From an uncultured Bacteroidales bacterium (GTDB taxonomy: Bacteria > Bacteroidota > Bacteroidia > Bacteroidales > Paludibacteraceae), in assembly GCA_902798015.1 (NCBI GenBank), contig CADBVL010000013.1, positions 147 to 64,146 of the forward strand: a DNA stretch of 64,000 nucleotides, written 5' to 3'. Below are positions 50,365-58,597 of this stretch, one piece after another. Each line of letters opens with the position of its first letter. The first letter of the stretch is position 1. A program made the position numbers and the translations under genes. The notes under the pieces were generated by a model. The model ran no database searches. It was not told the origin of the DNA and saw only the letters and a list, made by a program, of their open reading frames with translations.

Positions 50365-52352
50365 AATTCTGCCTCCTCGCTTTCAACTTTCGACTTTAAA
50401 CTCTCAACTTCTGCCTTTTGATATCTTTTTAAGGTATCCAGCAGACTGATGACTGCCGCTACACTCGGCGCACTACTCATGCCGCCATGTCCCTTGTAGG
50501 GTGGGTTGCCGTCATAGCACTCGTTCAGCGTACCGATGGTCAGTTCGTCCATCTCAGCCTCAAAACCGATCAGCAGCCGTTCCATAAAGCTGGCGCCGCT
50601 GTACTTGTAGATGTTCATGTATGCGCGCGAATAAGCCGTGATGGTCGAGGGCCATACAACGCCGTTATGCAGACTCCTGTCGCGCTCTATCGCACCGCCG
50701 TAGCAGGTCGGACGGTAACTACCGCTCTTCGGACTCAGACTGCGCAGACCCTTCGGCGTCAGCAATTCCTTCGTGCATATATCCACTACCGCCTTCTGCT
50801 GCTTGCGGTCCAGCGGACTGTAAGGCAGACCTACCGCCCAGATCATGTTCGGGCGTACCTCGCGGTTCTGGTAGTTGTCAATCACGTAGTCATTTAGATA
50901 CAGCCCGTTCCAGAATGTCTTCACAAACGCATCCTTGCTGATCTCCGCCTGGTACTCCATCAGGTCGGCACTCGTCTCTTTGCCCATCTCGCGCAGCATC
51001 TCAGCCGTGAAGCGCATTGCGTTGTACCATAGCGCGTTGATCTCTACGACATAACCTGTACGCGGGGTGATAGGCCATCCGTTCTCCGTGGCGTTCATCC
51101 ATGTGGCGGGACGCTGTGTGCCATCCACCCATAACAAACCGTTCTGGTGCAACTTCGCACGCGGATGGTTCTGCTTGCGGTACCAGTTGATGATATCCAG
51201 ACAGAGCTGACCGTACAGGTCGGCTGCCTCGCGGACCGTATATTTATGCGCGTATTTTTGGCATGCGCGAATGAACCACAATAGCACATCCGGCTCGTCC
51301 ATTCCCGTCATCTTCAGGTCATGGATGCGGCCGTTCATGAAGTTCAGTATCTCTTCGATGGCCGTCTTGTTGATGATAGCATCCCAATATTCCGGACGGT
51401 CGATGTCCAACGTACAACTGGCGACACTGAAGAATGTGGAGCGTGCGTCGGGACCGAACCATGGGAAACCGGCTAAGAGATAACACTTGTCTCCTTCGCG
51501 TTTGTAGAACTGACTCGCGCTGTTCTTCAGCGTGGAGAACATGTCCTCGCGACGGATGCGGCGCTCCAACTCTTTCTTCCATACGGTCTTCAACTGCGCA
51601 GTCTTGCATTCCGTCACGCCGCCGGCGAAAATAACACTCTCGCCTTTCTTCATCGGCAACTCAAAATAACCCGGAACCAACAGATCCTCTTTGTAGGCAT
51701 ATCCGCGTTCGCGCTCCTTGCGGTACTCGATGTCCTTGTACCACTGCGGGTCGTGATGATACTCAACCGCCTTGCTGAACTGCATGTACAGGTTCGGGAA
51801 ACCCGGATACATGCGGTTGAAACGACCGTTCTCGCAGTCGTTCATGTCTGCGTTGGCCAGCGGGTTCTCATGCGTCAACTCATTCACGCTGCGGAACGCA
51901 AGGAACGGACGGAAACGAAGCGTCGTCGGACTACCGCTCTCCAGCAGCGTGTAGCGAATCAGCACACGCGGCTCAAAACTGACGAGCATGCGCTCCTTCT
52001 GAAGCACCATCGCACCTACACGGTAGGTCGTGCGAGAGATGACGTCGCAGTCAAACTCGCGGATGTACTTGTGCCCGTTCGGGCTGAAATGATTCTCTCC
52101 GTACTCGTGCAGACCCAGGTTGAACTCTGCTCCGTGCTGGATCACCGTCTCGTCCAGCGAACTGAGCAACACGAAGTTGTCATCGCTGATATGCGGCAAC
52201 GGCATCACCAACTGACCGTGGTACTTGCGCGTGTTGCAATCGACCAAAGTGGTCGAGTTGTACACACCGGCACGGTTGGTTCGAATCATCTCCTTCTGAA
52301 GCGAACGCTCCAGATTAACAAGTACTGTCTTGTCAAAATTAAGATAACTCAT
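50361..52352 (-). CDS. Glycogen debranching enzyme (GDE N-terminal + amylo-alpha-1,6-glucosidase domains)
   Basis: Motifs are NTRKYHGLL-like (NTRKYHGQLV), GFPWFG.D.R and NGWP. There is an ATGA overlap with the GT4 start. Confidence 0.85.
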   Translation of the reverse strand: MSYLNFDKTVLVNLERSLQKEMIRTNRAGVYNSTTLVDCNTRKYHGQLVMPLPHISDDNFVLLSSLDETVIQHGAEFNLGLHEYGENHFSPNGHKYIREFDCDVISRTTYRVGAMVLQKERMLVSFEPRVLIRYTLLESGSPTTLRFRPFLAFRSVNELTHENPLANADMNDCENGRFNRMYPGFPNLYMQFSKAVEYHHDPQWYKDIEYRKERERGYAYKEDLLVPGYFELPMKKGESVIFAGGVTECKTAQLKTVWKKELERRIRREDMFSTLKNSASQFYKREGDKCYLLAGFPWFGPDARSTFFSVASCTLDIDRPEYWDAIINKTAIEEILNFMNGRIHDLKMTGMDEPDVLLWFIRACQKYAHKYTVREAADLYGQLCLDIINWYRKQNHPRAKLHQNGLLWVDGTQRPATWMNATENGWPITPRTGYVVEINALWYNAMRFTAEMLREMGKETSADLMEYQAEISKDAFVKTFWNGLYLNDYVIDNYQNREVRPNMIWAVGLPYSPLDRKQQKAVVDICTKELLTPKGLRSLSPKSGSYRPTCYGGAIERDRSLHNGVVWPSTITAYSRAYMNIYKYSGASFMERLLIGFEAEMDELTIGTLNECYDGNPPYKGHGGMSSAPSVAAVISLLDTLKRYQKAEVESLKSKVESEEAEL
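50380..50414 (+). repeat. Period-7 tandem array CTTTCAA CTTTCGA CTTTAAA CTCTCAA CTTCTGC inside the debranching-enzyme 3' end
   Basis: Read directly from the sequence. Translated as ..KAEVESLKSKVESEEAEL at the protein C-terminus. Confidence 0.85.
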
Positions 52353-52375
52353 GATGTAAGATTTAATGTATATGA

Positions 52376-53539
52376 TTAGTTGTATTTGCCTTCAAACTTT
52401 GTTTGCGCGTCGGCCACGAACTGCTTGATACGCTGCTCTTCGCCTTTCTTGCAAACCAACAAAACTCCCTTCTGTTCGGCGATGATCATGTCGTTCACGC
52501 CTTGCACTACGGCTAACTTGCCCGGCTCCAGCGTCACGACATTGCCTTCCGCCTCGTAGAACAGCGCGTCTGAATGCAGACTCACGTTGTGCGCCTCGTC
52601 TTTCTCGCTCAACTCGTACAGACTGCCCCAGGTGCCTAAGTCGCTCCAGCCGAAACTCGACGGCAGTACGAATACATTGTCCGCCTTCTCCATAATGCCG
52701 TAGTCGATGGAGATGTTCGGGCATTTGGGGAAGATATGCTCGATGAACTCCTCCTCTTTGTCGGTACCCATCAGCAACTCGCCTTCACGGAAACGGTCCG
52801 CCACTTCCGGCAACAGATATCGGAATGCTTCACTGATGGTTTGCAGGTTCCAAATGAAGATACCGCTGTTCCAAAGGAAATCACCGCTCTGCAAGAACAC
52901 TTTCGCCATCTCCAGGTTCGGCTTCTCCGTAAACGTCTTCACTGGATAAATGTCTCTAAACTCTAAACTCTCAACTCTCAACTTGTCCAATGCGTTTTCA
53001 ACGAATTGGATATACCCATACCCCGTCTCCGGCCGCGTGGGTTGCATGCCGAGCGTCGCTATCGCCTTGTTCTTGCTTACAAAATCAAACGCCTTCAATA
53101 TCGTCTGACGGAATTTGTCTTCTTCCAATATCAGATGGTCGCTCGCCGCTACGACAATATTCGCCTGCATCTCCGGCCGGCTCCAGTCCTGGTTCGCGGC
53201 CGTGAGGCCCGCGCGACGCAAGCAGAGCGCGCGTATATGTGCGGTCGCGTATGCGATACAGGGCGCCGTATTTCGGCGAGCCGGCTCGCATAATATCTGC
53301 TTCTCCGACAAATCCGGAACCTGCTCCAAAATCAACTCCTTATACGCCACATTCGTGACGATAAACACATTCTCAATCGGCACAATCGGACGAAAACGAT
53401 CTACCGTCATCTGCAGCAAACTGCGACCCGTGCCGAAGAAATCCAAAAACTGTTTCGGCTTCTCTGCACGACTGTACGGCCAGAAACGGCTGCCTACACC
53501 GCCCGCCATAATGACGCAATAATTGTTGTTCTTCTTCAT
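52376..53539 (-). CDS. Mannose-1-phosphate guanylyltransferase-like nucleotidyltransferase
   Basis: ATG 53539 gives MKKNNNYCVIMAGGVGSRFWPYSR..KPKQF. Later motifs are RNTAPCIAYA and SDH.I. Confidence 0.8.
   Translation of the reverse strand: MKKNNNYCVIMAGGVGSRFWPYSRAEKPKQFLDFFGTGRSLLQMTVDRFRPIVPIENVFIVTNVAYKELILEQVPDLSEKQILCEPARRNTAPCIAYATAHIRALCLRRAGLTAANQDWSRPEMQANIVVAASDHLILEEDKFRQTILKAFDFVSKNKAIATLGMQPTRPETGYGYIQFVENALDKLRVESLEFRDIYPVKTFTEKPNLEMAKVFLQSGDFLWNSGIFIWNLQTISEAFRYLLPEVADRFREGELLMGTDKEEEFIEHIFPKCPNISIDYGIMEKADNVFVLPSSFGWSDLGTWGSLYELSEKDEAHNVSLHSDALFYEAEGNVVTLEPGKLAVVQGVNDMIIAEQKGVLLVCKKGEEQRIKQFVADAQTKFEGKYN
52954..52988 (+). repeat. Period-7 tandem array CTCTAAA CTCTAAA CTCTCAA CTCTCAA CTTGTCC inside the nucleotidyltransferase CDS
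   Basis: Read directly from the sequence. Translated as DKLRVESLEFRD. Confidence 0.85.
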
Positions 53540-53580
53540 AAATATAACGTGTGTTTTTAATGGTAATCCCAAAAATCGTG

Positions 53581-53588
53581 CAAATATA
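53581..53588 (-). promoter_or_regulatory. Bacteroidetes -7 box TATATTTG
   Basis: TAnnTTTG, 42 nt upstream of ATG 53539. Confidence 0.5.
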
Positions 53589-53665
53589 CAACAATAATTT
53601 TATATATGCAAGCGCGCGCGTGCTTTTTCTATGAAAAAGTGCTTTTTTGACGAAAAAATAAACTT

Positions 53666-53700
53666 CTTTCAACTTTCAACTTTCAACTTTCAACTTTATT
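53666..53700 (+). repeat. Period-7 tandem array CTTTCAA x4 + CTTTATT
   Basis: Read directly from the sequence, in the divergent intergenic region immediately 5' of the gldD -7 box. Confidence 0.9.
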
Positions 53701-53703
53701 TAC

Positions 53704-53711
53704 TACCTTTG
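53704..53711 (+). promoter_or_regulatory. Bacteroidetes -7 box TACCTTTG for gldD
   Basis: TAnnTTTG, 20 nt upstream of ATG 53731. Confidence 0.55.
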
Positions 53712-53730
53712 TGCCGTAATTTGGAGTATA

Positions 53731-54339
53731 ATGGACTTTAGGCAAAAAATATTACCTCTTTTGTGGCTGGTCATGGCGATGGTTTCCTGCGGACGGGCGA
53801 CTGCGCCGAAACCGTATGGTTATTACCGTATCACGGTGCCCGACACCGCATATATGCCGTTTGAGGACTATCCTCTTTCAACTTTCAACCTTCAACTTTC
53901 AACTTACCCATATACTTTCGCTCTCTCGCAAAATGCGGTGGTGCAGCCCCGCACGGACGTGGAAGAACCCTATTGGATCAACCTCTATTATCCGGCGCTG
54001 GACGCTACCATCCATTGCTCCTATAAACCCGTTCGGAACAACCTGCGCGAACTGACCAACGATGCGCTCGAGTTCGTGTACCGCAACGCCTCTTTCGCGA
54101 ACGCTATCCCCGAACGCGAATATTCTCATCCCGAGGCGCAGGTGTACGGCGTGCTCTTCGACCTGGAGGGAAACACCGCTTCGTCCTGCCAGTTCTTTGT
54201 GACCGACTCCGTGAACCATTTCTTCCGCGCATCGGTCTATTGCAACTGCCCGCCGAATGCCGACTCCCTTGCACCCGTATATGAGTACCTCCGCAAAGAT
54301 GTCATCAAAATGGTAGAGACGTTTAACTGGGAAGAATAA
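53731..54339 (+). CDS. gldD: Gliding-motility/T9SS-associated lipoprotein GldD
   Basis: Lipoprotein signal MAMVSC. Motifs are PKPYGYYRI, CSYKPV..NL..L..D and QFFVTDS..HFFRASVY...PNADSL.PV. Confidence 0.65.
   Translation: MDFRQKILPLLWLVMAMVSCGRATAPKPYGYYRITVPDTAYMPFEDYPLSTFNLQLSTYPYTFALSQNAVVQPRTDVEEPYWINLYYPALDATIHCSYKPVRNNLRELTNDALEFVYRNASFANAIPEREYSHPEAQVYGVLFDLEGNTASSCQFFVTDSVNHFFRASVYCNCPPNADSLAPVYEYLRKDVIKMVETFNWEE
53875..53909 (+). repeat. Period-7 tandem array CTTTCAA CTTTCAA CCTTCAA CTTTCAA CTTACCC inside gldD
   Basis: Read directly from the sequence. Translated as PLSTFNLQLSTYP. Confidence 0.9.
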
Positions 54340-54344
54340 ATTGC

Positions 54345-55532
54345 ATGTTTTTTTCTTTTAAAAATAGAAGTTTGGCCATTTTGTTGGACCCGGAGAAAGC
54401 GGACCTGTCGCGCCTTTCTTTTACCGAAGAGTGCCATCCCGACTATATCTTCGTCGGCGGTTCTACCGGTGGTGACACGACGCCTTTCGTCCGAGCCCTC
54501 AAAGAGAAGATAAAACTCTCCTGCCCTTCAGGGGAGGATGGGAGAGAGCTGCCCATCATTCTTTTTCCCGGAAATTCGTCCCAGTTTACCCCCGAAGCAG
54601 ATGGTATTTTGTTCCTCTCTCTGCTCTCCGGTCGTAACCCGGAATTTCTTGTGGATCAGCAAGTTAAGGCGGCGCGTGCTATCCGCGAGTCGCAGATAAA
54701 TTTCGTCCCAACGGCATATGTCCTCATTGACGGCGGAGTGGTCACTTCTACGATGCGTGTTTCTCATACCCAACCGCTCGATCCGGCGGACATAGACACT
54801 ATCGTGGACACCTGTATCGCGGCCGAACTGATGGGTAAGAAAGCCATCTACCTGGAGGCGGGCAGCGGAGCGAAGACTCCTGTCTCGGCAGACATCATTC
54901 GGGCGGTTCGCGCGAAGACTTCCGTTACTCTCATCGTCGGCGGAGGAATACGGACGCAGGAAGCAATGCAGGCCGCATACAATGCCGGAGCTGATGTGGT
55001 GGTCATCGGCAACTATTTCGAGACTCATCCCGAGGCACTGAAAGACTTTTGCCGTAATACAGGGGTGACGTCATTATGTAATAACGACAGTGCCTCGTTG
55101 CATGAAGACGAGCGTTTCATGCGCATCGCTCTCTGCGAAGCAGAGAAAGCTCTGGCAGCAGACGAGATTCCAATCGGTTGCGTCATCGTCAGCCGGAACC
55201 AGATCATCGGACGCGGACATAACCTCACGGAGACCCTTGCTGACGTCACCGCGCACGCAGAGATACAGGCCATCACCGCCGCCTCGCAGACGCTCGGTGG
55301 CAAGTACCTTCCGGACACCACACTTTATGTCACTGTGGAACCCTGTCCCATGTGCGCAGGCGCTATCGGATGGGCGCAGGTAAACCGTATCGTGTACGGC
55401 GCACCCGATCCCAAACGGGGATACTCCGTCTATGCGCCACGCACCTTCCACCCCAAAGCAACCGTCACGGCAGGGGTGCTCGAAGCGGAATGCCGTGAAC
55501 TCATACAAGCATTTTTTAAGAACAAACGATAA
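54345..55532 (+). CDS. Fusion ORF: geranylgeranylglyceryl-phosphate-synthase-like (PcrB/GGGPS) domain + tRNA adenosine(34) deaminase TadA domain
   Basis: The N-terminal ~245 aa carry a TIM-barrel GGGPS pattern (FVGGS, ILFPG, YLEAGSGA, VGGGIR). The C-terminal ~150 aa carry HAEIQAI and PCPMCAGA deaminase zinc motifs. Confidence 0.7.
   Translation: MFFSFKNRSLAILLDPEKADLSRLSFTEECHPDYIFVGGSTGGDTTPFVRALKEKIKLSCPSGEDGRELPIILFPGNSSQFTPEADGILFLSLLSGRNPEFLVDQQVKAARAIRESQINFVPTAYVLIDGGVVTSTMRVSHTQPLDPADIDTIVDTCIAAELMGKKAIYLEAGSGAKTPVSADIIRAVRAKTSVTLIVGGGIRTQEAMQAAYNAGADVVVIGNYFETHPEALKDFCRNTGVTSLCNNDSASLHEDERFMRIALCEAEKALAADEIPIGCVIVSRNQIIGRGHNLTETLADVTAHAEIQAITAASQTLGGKYLPDTTLYVTVEPCPMCAGAIGWAQVNRIVYGAPDPKRGYSVYAPRTFHPKATVTAGVLEAECRELIQAFFKNKR
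54528..54546 (-). repeat. Degenerate hairpin-element remnant in frame in the GGGPS domain
   Basis: CTCCTGCCCTTCAGGGGAGGATGGGAGAG resembles the hairpin core. Translated as LSCPSGEDGRE just before the conserved ILFPG. Confidence 0.45.
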
Positions 55533-57433
55533 TGAATTTCTCCAATCTCCAATCTAAAATCACAAATTTCAAATATGCGCAGACGATCTTTCGGCTGAGC
55601 ATATTTGTGGTATTGGCGGCGGTCATCGTATTGATGTTTCCGCGGTACAACAACTCTTTCCGGTATCATTACGAGATAGGCAAACCATGGGGGTACTCAA
55701 CGCTCACCGCGGATTTTGACTTCCCTATCTATAAGACGGACGAGCAACTGGAGAAAGACCAGAAGCAACTGCTGTCCACCTTCGCGCCTTTCTTTAAATA
55801 TATCCCGCGCGTGCAGCGCGATGTGAAAGTGGTGTCGCTCGAGACGATGGAATGGCTGCAGGCGGAGGGCTATACGCGCATCGATATCCAGCAGCATAAA
55901 TATCCGCTGTCCGAAGTGTACACGCCGATGACTGCGCATAAGAAATTCGGTTATGACTGTGCTACCAACCTCGTGCTGGACACCGCGAAAACGGAGGAGT
56001 TCCGGACCAAACTCCTGGCGACCGTTTCGCCTACCCAGGGAATGGTGCAGAAAGGGGAGAAAATTATCGACAACGGCGATCTCGTCACCGAGCGTAACTA
56101 TCAGATATTGCAGTCGTTGCGTCGCGCCTACGACGATGAGTCACTGGGAAACAAACAGCGTACGCTCTCTATCCTCGGCGAGTCGATGTTGGTGTGCCTG
56201 TTTCTGCTGTTGTTTGTCATCTATCTCTATGTCTTCCGCATCACCTACCTGCGTGCGATACCAACGGTACTCTTCTTCTGTCTGCAGATGTTTATCGTCA
56301 TCGGCCTGGCCTGCCTCGCCTTGCGGTTCAACCTCACAGTGTATCTCATCCCGTTCGCATGGGTGCCTATCCTGACGCGTGTCTTCTTTGATTCCCGCAC
56401 CGCGCTCTTCCTGCACTTCACGACCATCCTCATCACGTCGATTGTCGTGCCTGCACCGGTGGAGTTCTTCTTCATCCAGATTGTTGTGGGCATGGTAGCG
56501 GTGTCCTCCTTGAGTGATATGACGCGCCGCGCACAACTCGTGCAAACGGCAGCATGGATTTTCCTCGCCCAGGTGATGGCTTACACGGCGATATCGTTTG
56601 CCCAGACAGGTGCGTTCTCGGCGATCGATCTATGGATGTATATCTATTTCTTCATCTGCGCACTCCTTACCGTCGGCTGTTACGGACTGATATATATGTT
56701 CGAGAAGATGTTCCACTTTATCTCGTCCATCACCCTCGTCGAACTGACGGATATCAATTCCGAACTGCTGCATACCCTTGCGGAGCGTGCACCGGGAACC
56801 TTCCAGCACTCGATGCAAGTGTCCAATCTCGCTGCGGAAGCCGCCAAGACTATCGGCGCGAATGCGCTGCTCGTGCGAACAGGCGCTCTCTATCATGACA
56901 TCGGAAAGATGACCGACCCGCTCTACTATGTAGAGAACCAGAACGGAGTCGATAACCCGCTGTTGCAGATGGACCCGCGTGACGCGGCGCAAGTAGTCAT
57001 CGCGCATGTAGCCGAAGGAGAGAAGATTGCCCGCAAAAACCACCTGCCCGAAGTGGTGGTCAATTTTATCACCACCCACCACGGAACATCCCTCGTGCGC
57101 TATTTCTATAACACCTATTGCAACGCCCATCCCAAAGAGAAAGTGGATGAGTCGCTCTTCCGCTATCCGGGAGCTAAACCCAGTACGAAAGAAGGGGCTA
57201 TCCTGATGATGGCGGACGCTATAGAAGCGCGCTCGCGCAGCCTCGATGACTTCTCCGAGGCATCCGTGACCAAAGCGGTCAATCAGATGATTGACAGTCA
57301 GATAGCGGACGGTCAGTTTGCGGAGACACCGCTCAGCTTCAAGGATGTAGAAGACATCCGCCGGGTCTTCGTCGCACGCATCACCGCCATGAACCATCAT
57401 CGCATCTCGTATCCGACCTTGAACCAAAAATAG
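55532..57433 (+). CDS. 7TM-receptor HD-domain phosphohydrolase (PgpH/YqfF-like)
   Basis: Extracellular 7TMR-HDED region, 7 TM helices and an HD domain (H....LYHDIGK..). There is a 1-nt overlap with the preceding stop. Confidence 0.8.
   Translation: MNFSNLQSKITNFKYAQTIFRLSIFVVLAAVIVLMFPRYNNSFRYHYEIGKPWGYSTLTADFDFPIYKTDEQLEKDQKQLLSTFAPFFKYIPRVQRDVKVVSLETMEWLQAEGYTRIDIQQHKYPLSEVYTPMTAHKKFGYDCATNLVLDTAKTEEFRTKLLATVSPTQGMVQKGEKIIDNGDLVTERNYQILQSLRRAYDDESLGNKQRTLSILGESMLVCLFLLLFVIYLYVFRITYLRAIPTVLFFCLQMFIVIGLACLALRFNLTVYLIPFAWVPILTRVFFDSRTALFLHFTTILITSIVVPAPVEFFFIQIVVGMVAVSSLSDMTRRAQLVQTAAWIFLAQVMAYTAISFAQTGAFSAIDLWMYIYFFICALLTVGCYGLIYMFEKMFHFISSITLVELTDINSELLHTLAERAPGTFQHSMQVSNLAAEAAKTIGANALLVRTGALYHDIGKMTDPLYYVENQNGVDNPLLQMDPRDAAQVVIAHVAEGEKIARKNHLPEVVVNFITTHHGTSLVRYFYNTYCNAHPKEKVDESLFRYPGAKPSTKEGAILMMADAIEARSRSLDDFSEASVTKAVNQMIDSQIADGQFAETPLSFKDVEDIRRVFVARITAMNHHRISYPTLNQK
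55540..55574 (+). repeat. Period-7 tandem array CTCCAAT CTCCAAT CTAAAAT CACAAAT TTCAAAT in codons 3-15 of the HD-domain gene
   Basis: Read directly from the sequence. Translated as FSNLQSKITNFKY. Confidence 0.8.
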
Positions 57434-57469
57434 TTCGTCATTACATAATCCCGTAATCCCGAAAAAAAA

Positions 57470-57504
57470 TAATTTTTAATTTTTAATTCTTAATTTTTAA
57501 TTGA
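57470..57504 (+). repeat. Period-7 tandem array TAATTTT TAATTTT TAATTCT TAATTTT TAATTGA
   Basis: Read directly from the sequence. The first 28 nt are identical to 58563..58590. The last unit supplies the TAA stop and TTG start context of dusB. Confidence 0.9.
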
Positions 57505-58565
57505 ACAACTTTCCTCTATATCTTGCCCCGATGGAGGACGTCACCGATCCGGCCTTCCGTGCGTTGTGCAAACGCTACGGAGCCGATCGTGTCTATACCG
57601 AATTCGTCAATGCCGACGCACTCGTACGCGACATCGCTTCCACGACGCGCAAACTCACCATCCATGATGCCGAGCGGCCGGTGGCAATCCAGATCTACGG
57701 GCGTGACCCCGAGTCGATGGCAGGCGCCGCGCGTATCGTCGAGCAGGCACATCCTGACTTCATCGACATCAATTTCGGCTGTCCCGTGAAGAAAGTGGCA
57801 GGCAAAGGTGCCGGAGCGGGACTGCTGCGTGATGTGCCGAAGATGCTGGATATCACCCGCGCTGTCGTCAATGCCGTCCATACACCCGTTACTGTCAAGA
57901 CCCGCCTCGGATGGGATGATAAGGACCTCATTCCCAGAGTAAATCCGCTGGGCCTCAATACTCCCTTCCCTTTAGGGGAGGGGCGGGGTGAGGCTTCTTT
58001 CTTCATCGTTGATCTCGCGGAAGCCTTGCAGGACTGCGGCATCGCCGAACTCGCCATTCACGGCCGTACACGTTCGCAGATGTACCGCGGCGAAGCGGAT
58101 TGGACACTCATCGGTGAGGTGAAGAACAACCCGCGCATGCGCATACCTGTCATAGGGAACGGGGACGTATGCACACCCGAGCGCGTAAAAGAGTGCTTCG
58201 ACCGCTACGGTGTGGATGCCGTCATGGTTGGTCGCGCTACCTTCGGCGCACCCTGGCTCTTCGCAGAGATGAAGAATTATCTGAATCCTATCACCCCTCC
58301 TTTCAGGGAGGGGACGGGGGTAGGCTTCCCTCGCACTATGTCCGACAAAGTCGCCGTGCTCAAAGAACACGTCCTTGCTTCCATACAGTGGTGCGGCAAT
58401 GACGAGCGCAAAGGAATCGTACATTCGCGGCGCCATTTTGCGGCTTCGCCTGTCTTCAAAGGACTCGATAACTTCAAGCAGACACGCATCGCCCTTCTCC
58501 GCGCGGAAACAGTAGATGAGGTCTTCACTATCATGGACGAGATAGTAGAAAAATGGGGCGATTAA
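57501..58565 (+). CDS. dusB: tRNA-dihydrouridine synthase (DusB-like), TTG start
   Basis: Motifs are LAPMEDVTDPAFR, INFGCPV.KV, VKTRLGW, HGRT and GNGD. An in-frame TAA lies immediately upstream, so TTG 57501 is the only start that keeps the conserved N-terminus. Confidence 0.85.
   Translation: MNNFPLYLAPMEDVTDPAFRALCKRYGADRVYTEFVNADALVRDIASTTRKLTIHDAERPVAIQIYGRDPESMAGAARIVEQAHPDFIDINFGCPVKKVAGKGAGAGLLRDVPKMLDITRAVVNAVHTPVTVKTRLGWDDKDLIPRVNPLGLNTPFPLGEGRGEASFFIVDLAEALQDCGIAELAIHGRTRSQMYRGEADWTLIGEVKNNPRMRIPVIGNGDVCTPERVKECFDRYGVDAVMVGRATFGAPWLFAEMKNYLNPITPPFREGTGVGFPRTMSDKVAVLKEHVLASIQWCGNDERKGIVHSRRHFAASPVFKGLDNFKQTRIALLRAETVDEVFTIMDEIVEKWGD
57961..57994 (-). repeat. GC-rich hairpin element, in frame in dusB
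   Basis: Sequence CTCCCTTCCCTTTAGGGGAGGGGCGGGGTGAGGC. Translated as TPFPLGEGRGEA. Confidence 0.85.
58292..58325 (-). repeat. GC-rich hairpin element, in frame in dusB
   Basis: Sequence CACCCCTCCTTTCAGGGAGGGGACGGGGGTAGGC. Translated as TPPFREGTGVG. Confidence 0.85.
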
Positions 58566-58597
58566 TTTTTAATTTTTAATTCTTAATTTTGAATTTT
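58563..58597 (+). repeat. Period-7 tandem array TAATTTT TAATTTT TAATTCT TAATTTT GAATTTT
   Basis: Read directly from the sequence. The first unit is the dusB stop codon and the last unit contains the TTG start of the next ORF. Confidence 0.9.

Noticed and set aside
56630-57427. 265-aa minus-strand ORF
   Set aside because: It is antisense to the HD-domain region of the 7TM-HD protein.
19008-58597. Heptamer arrays as CRISPR arrays
   Set aside because: The units are 7 nt with no spacers, the arrays are only 21-42 nt long, and no cas genes are present. They are microsatellite-like, not CRISPR.
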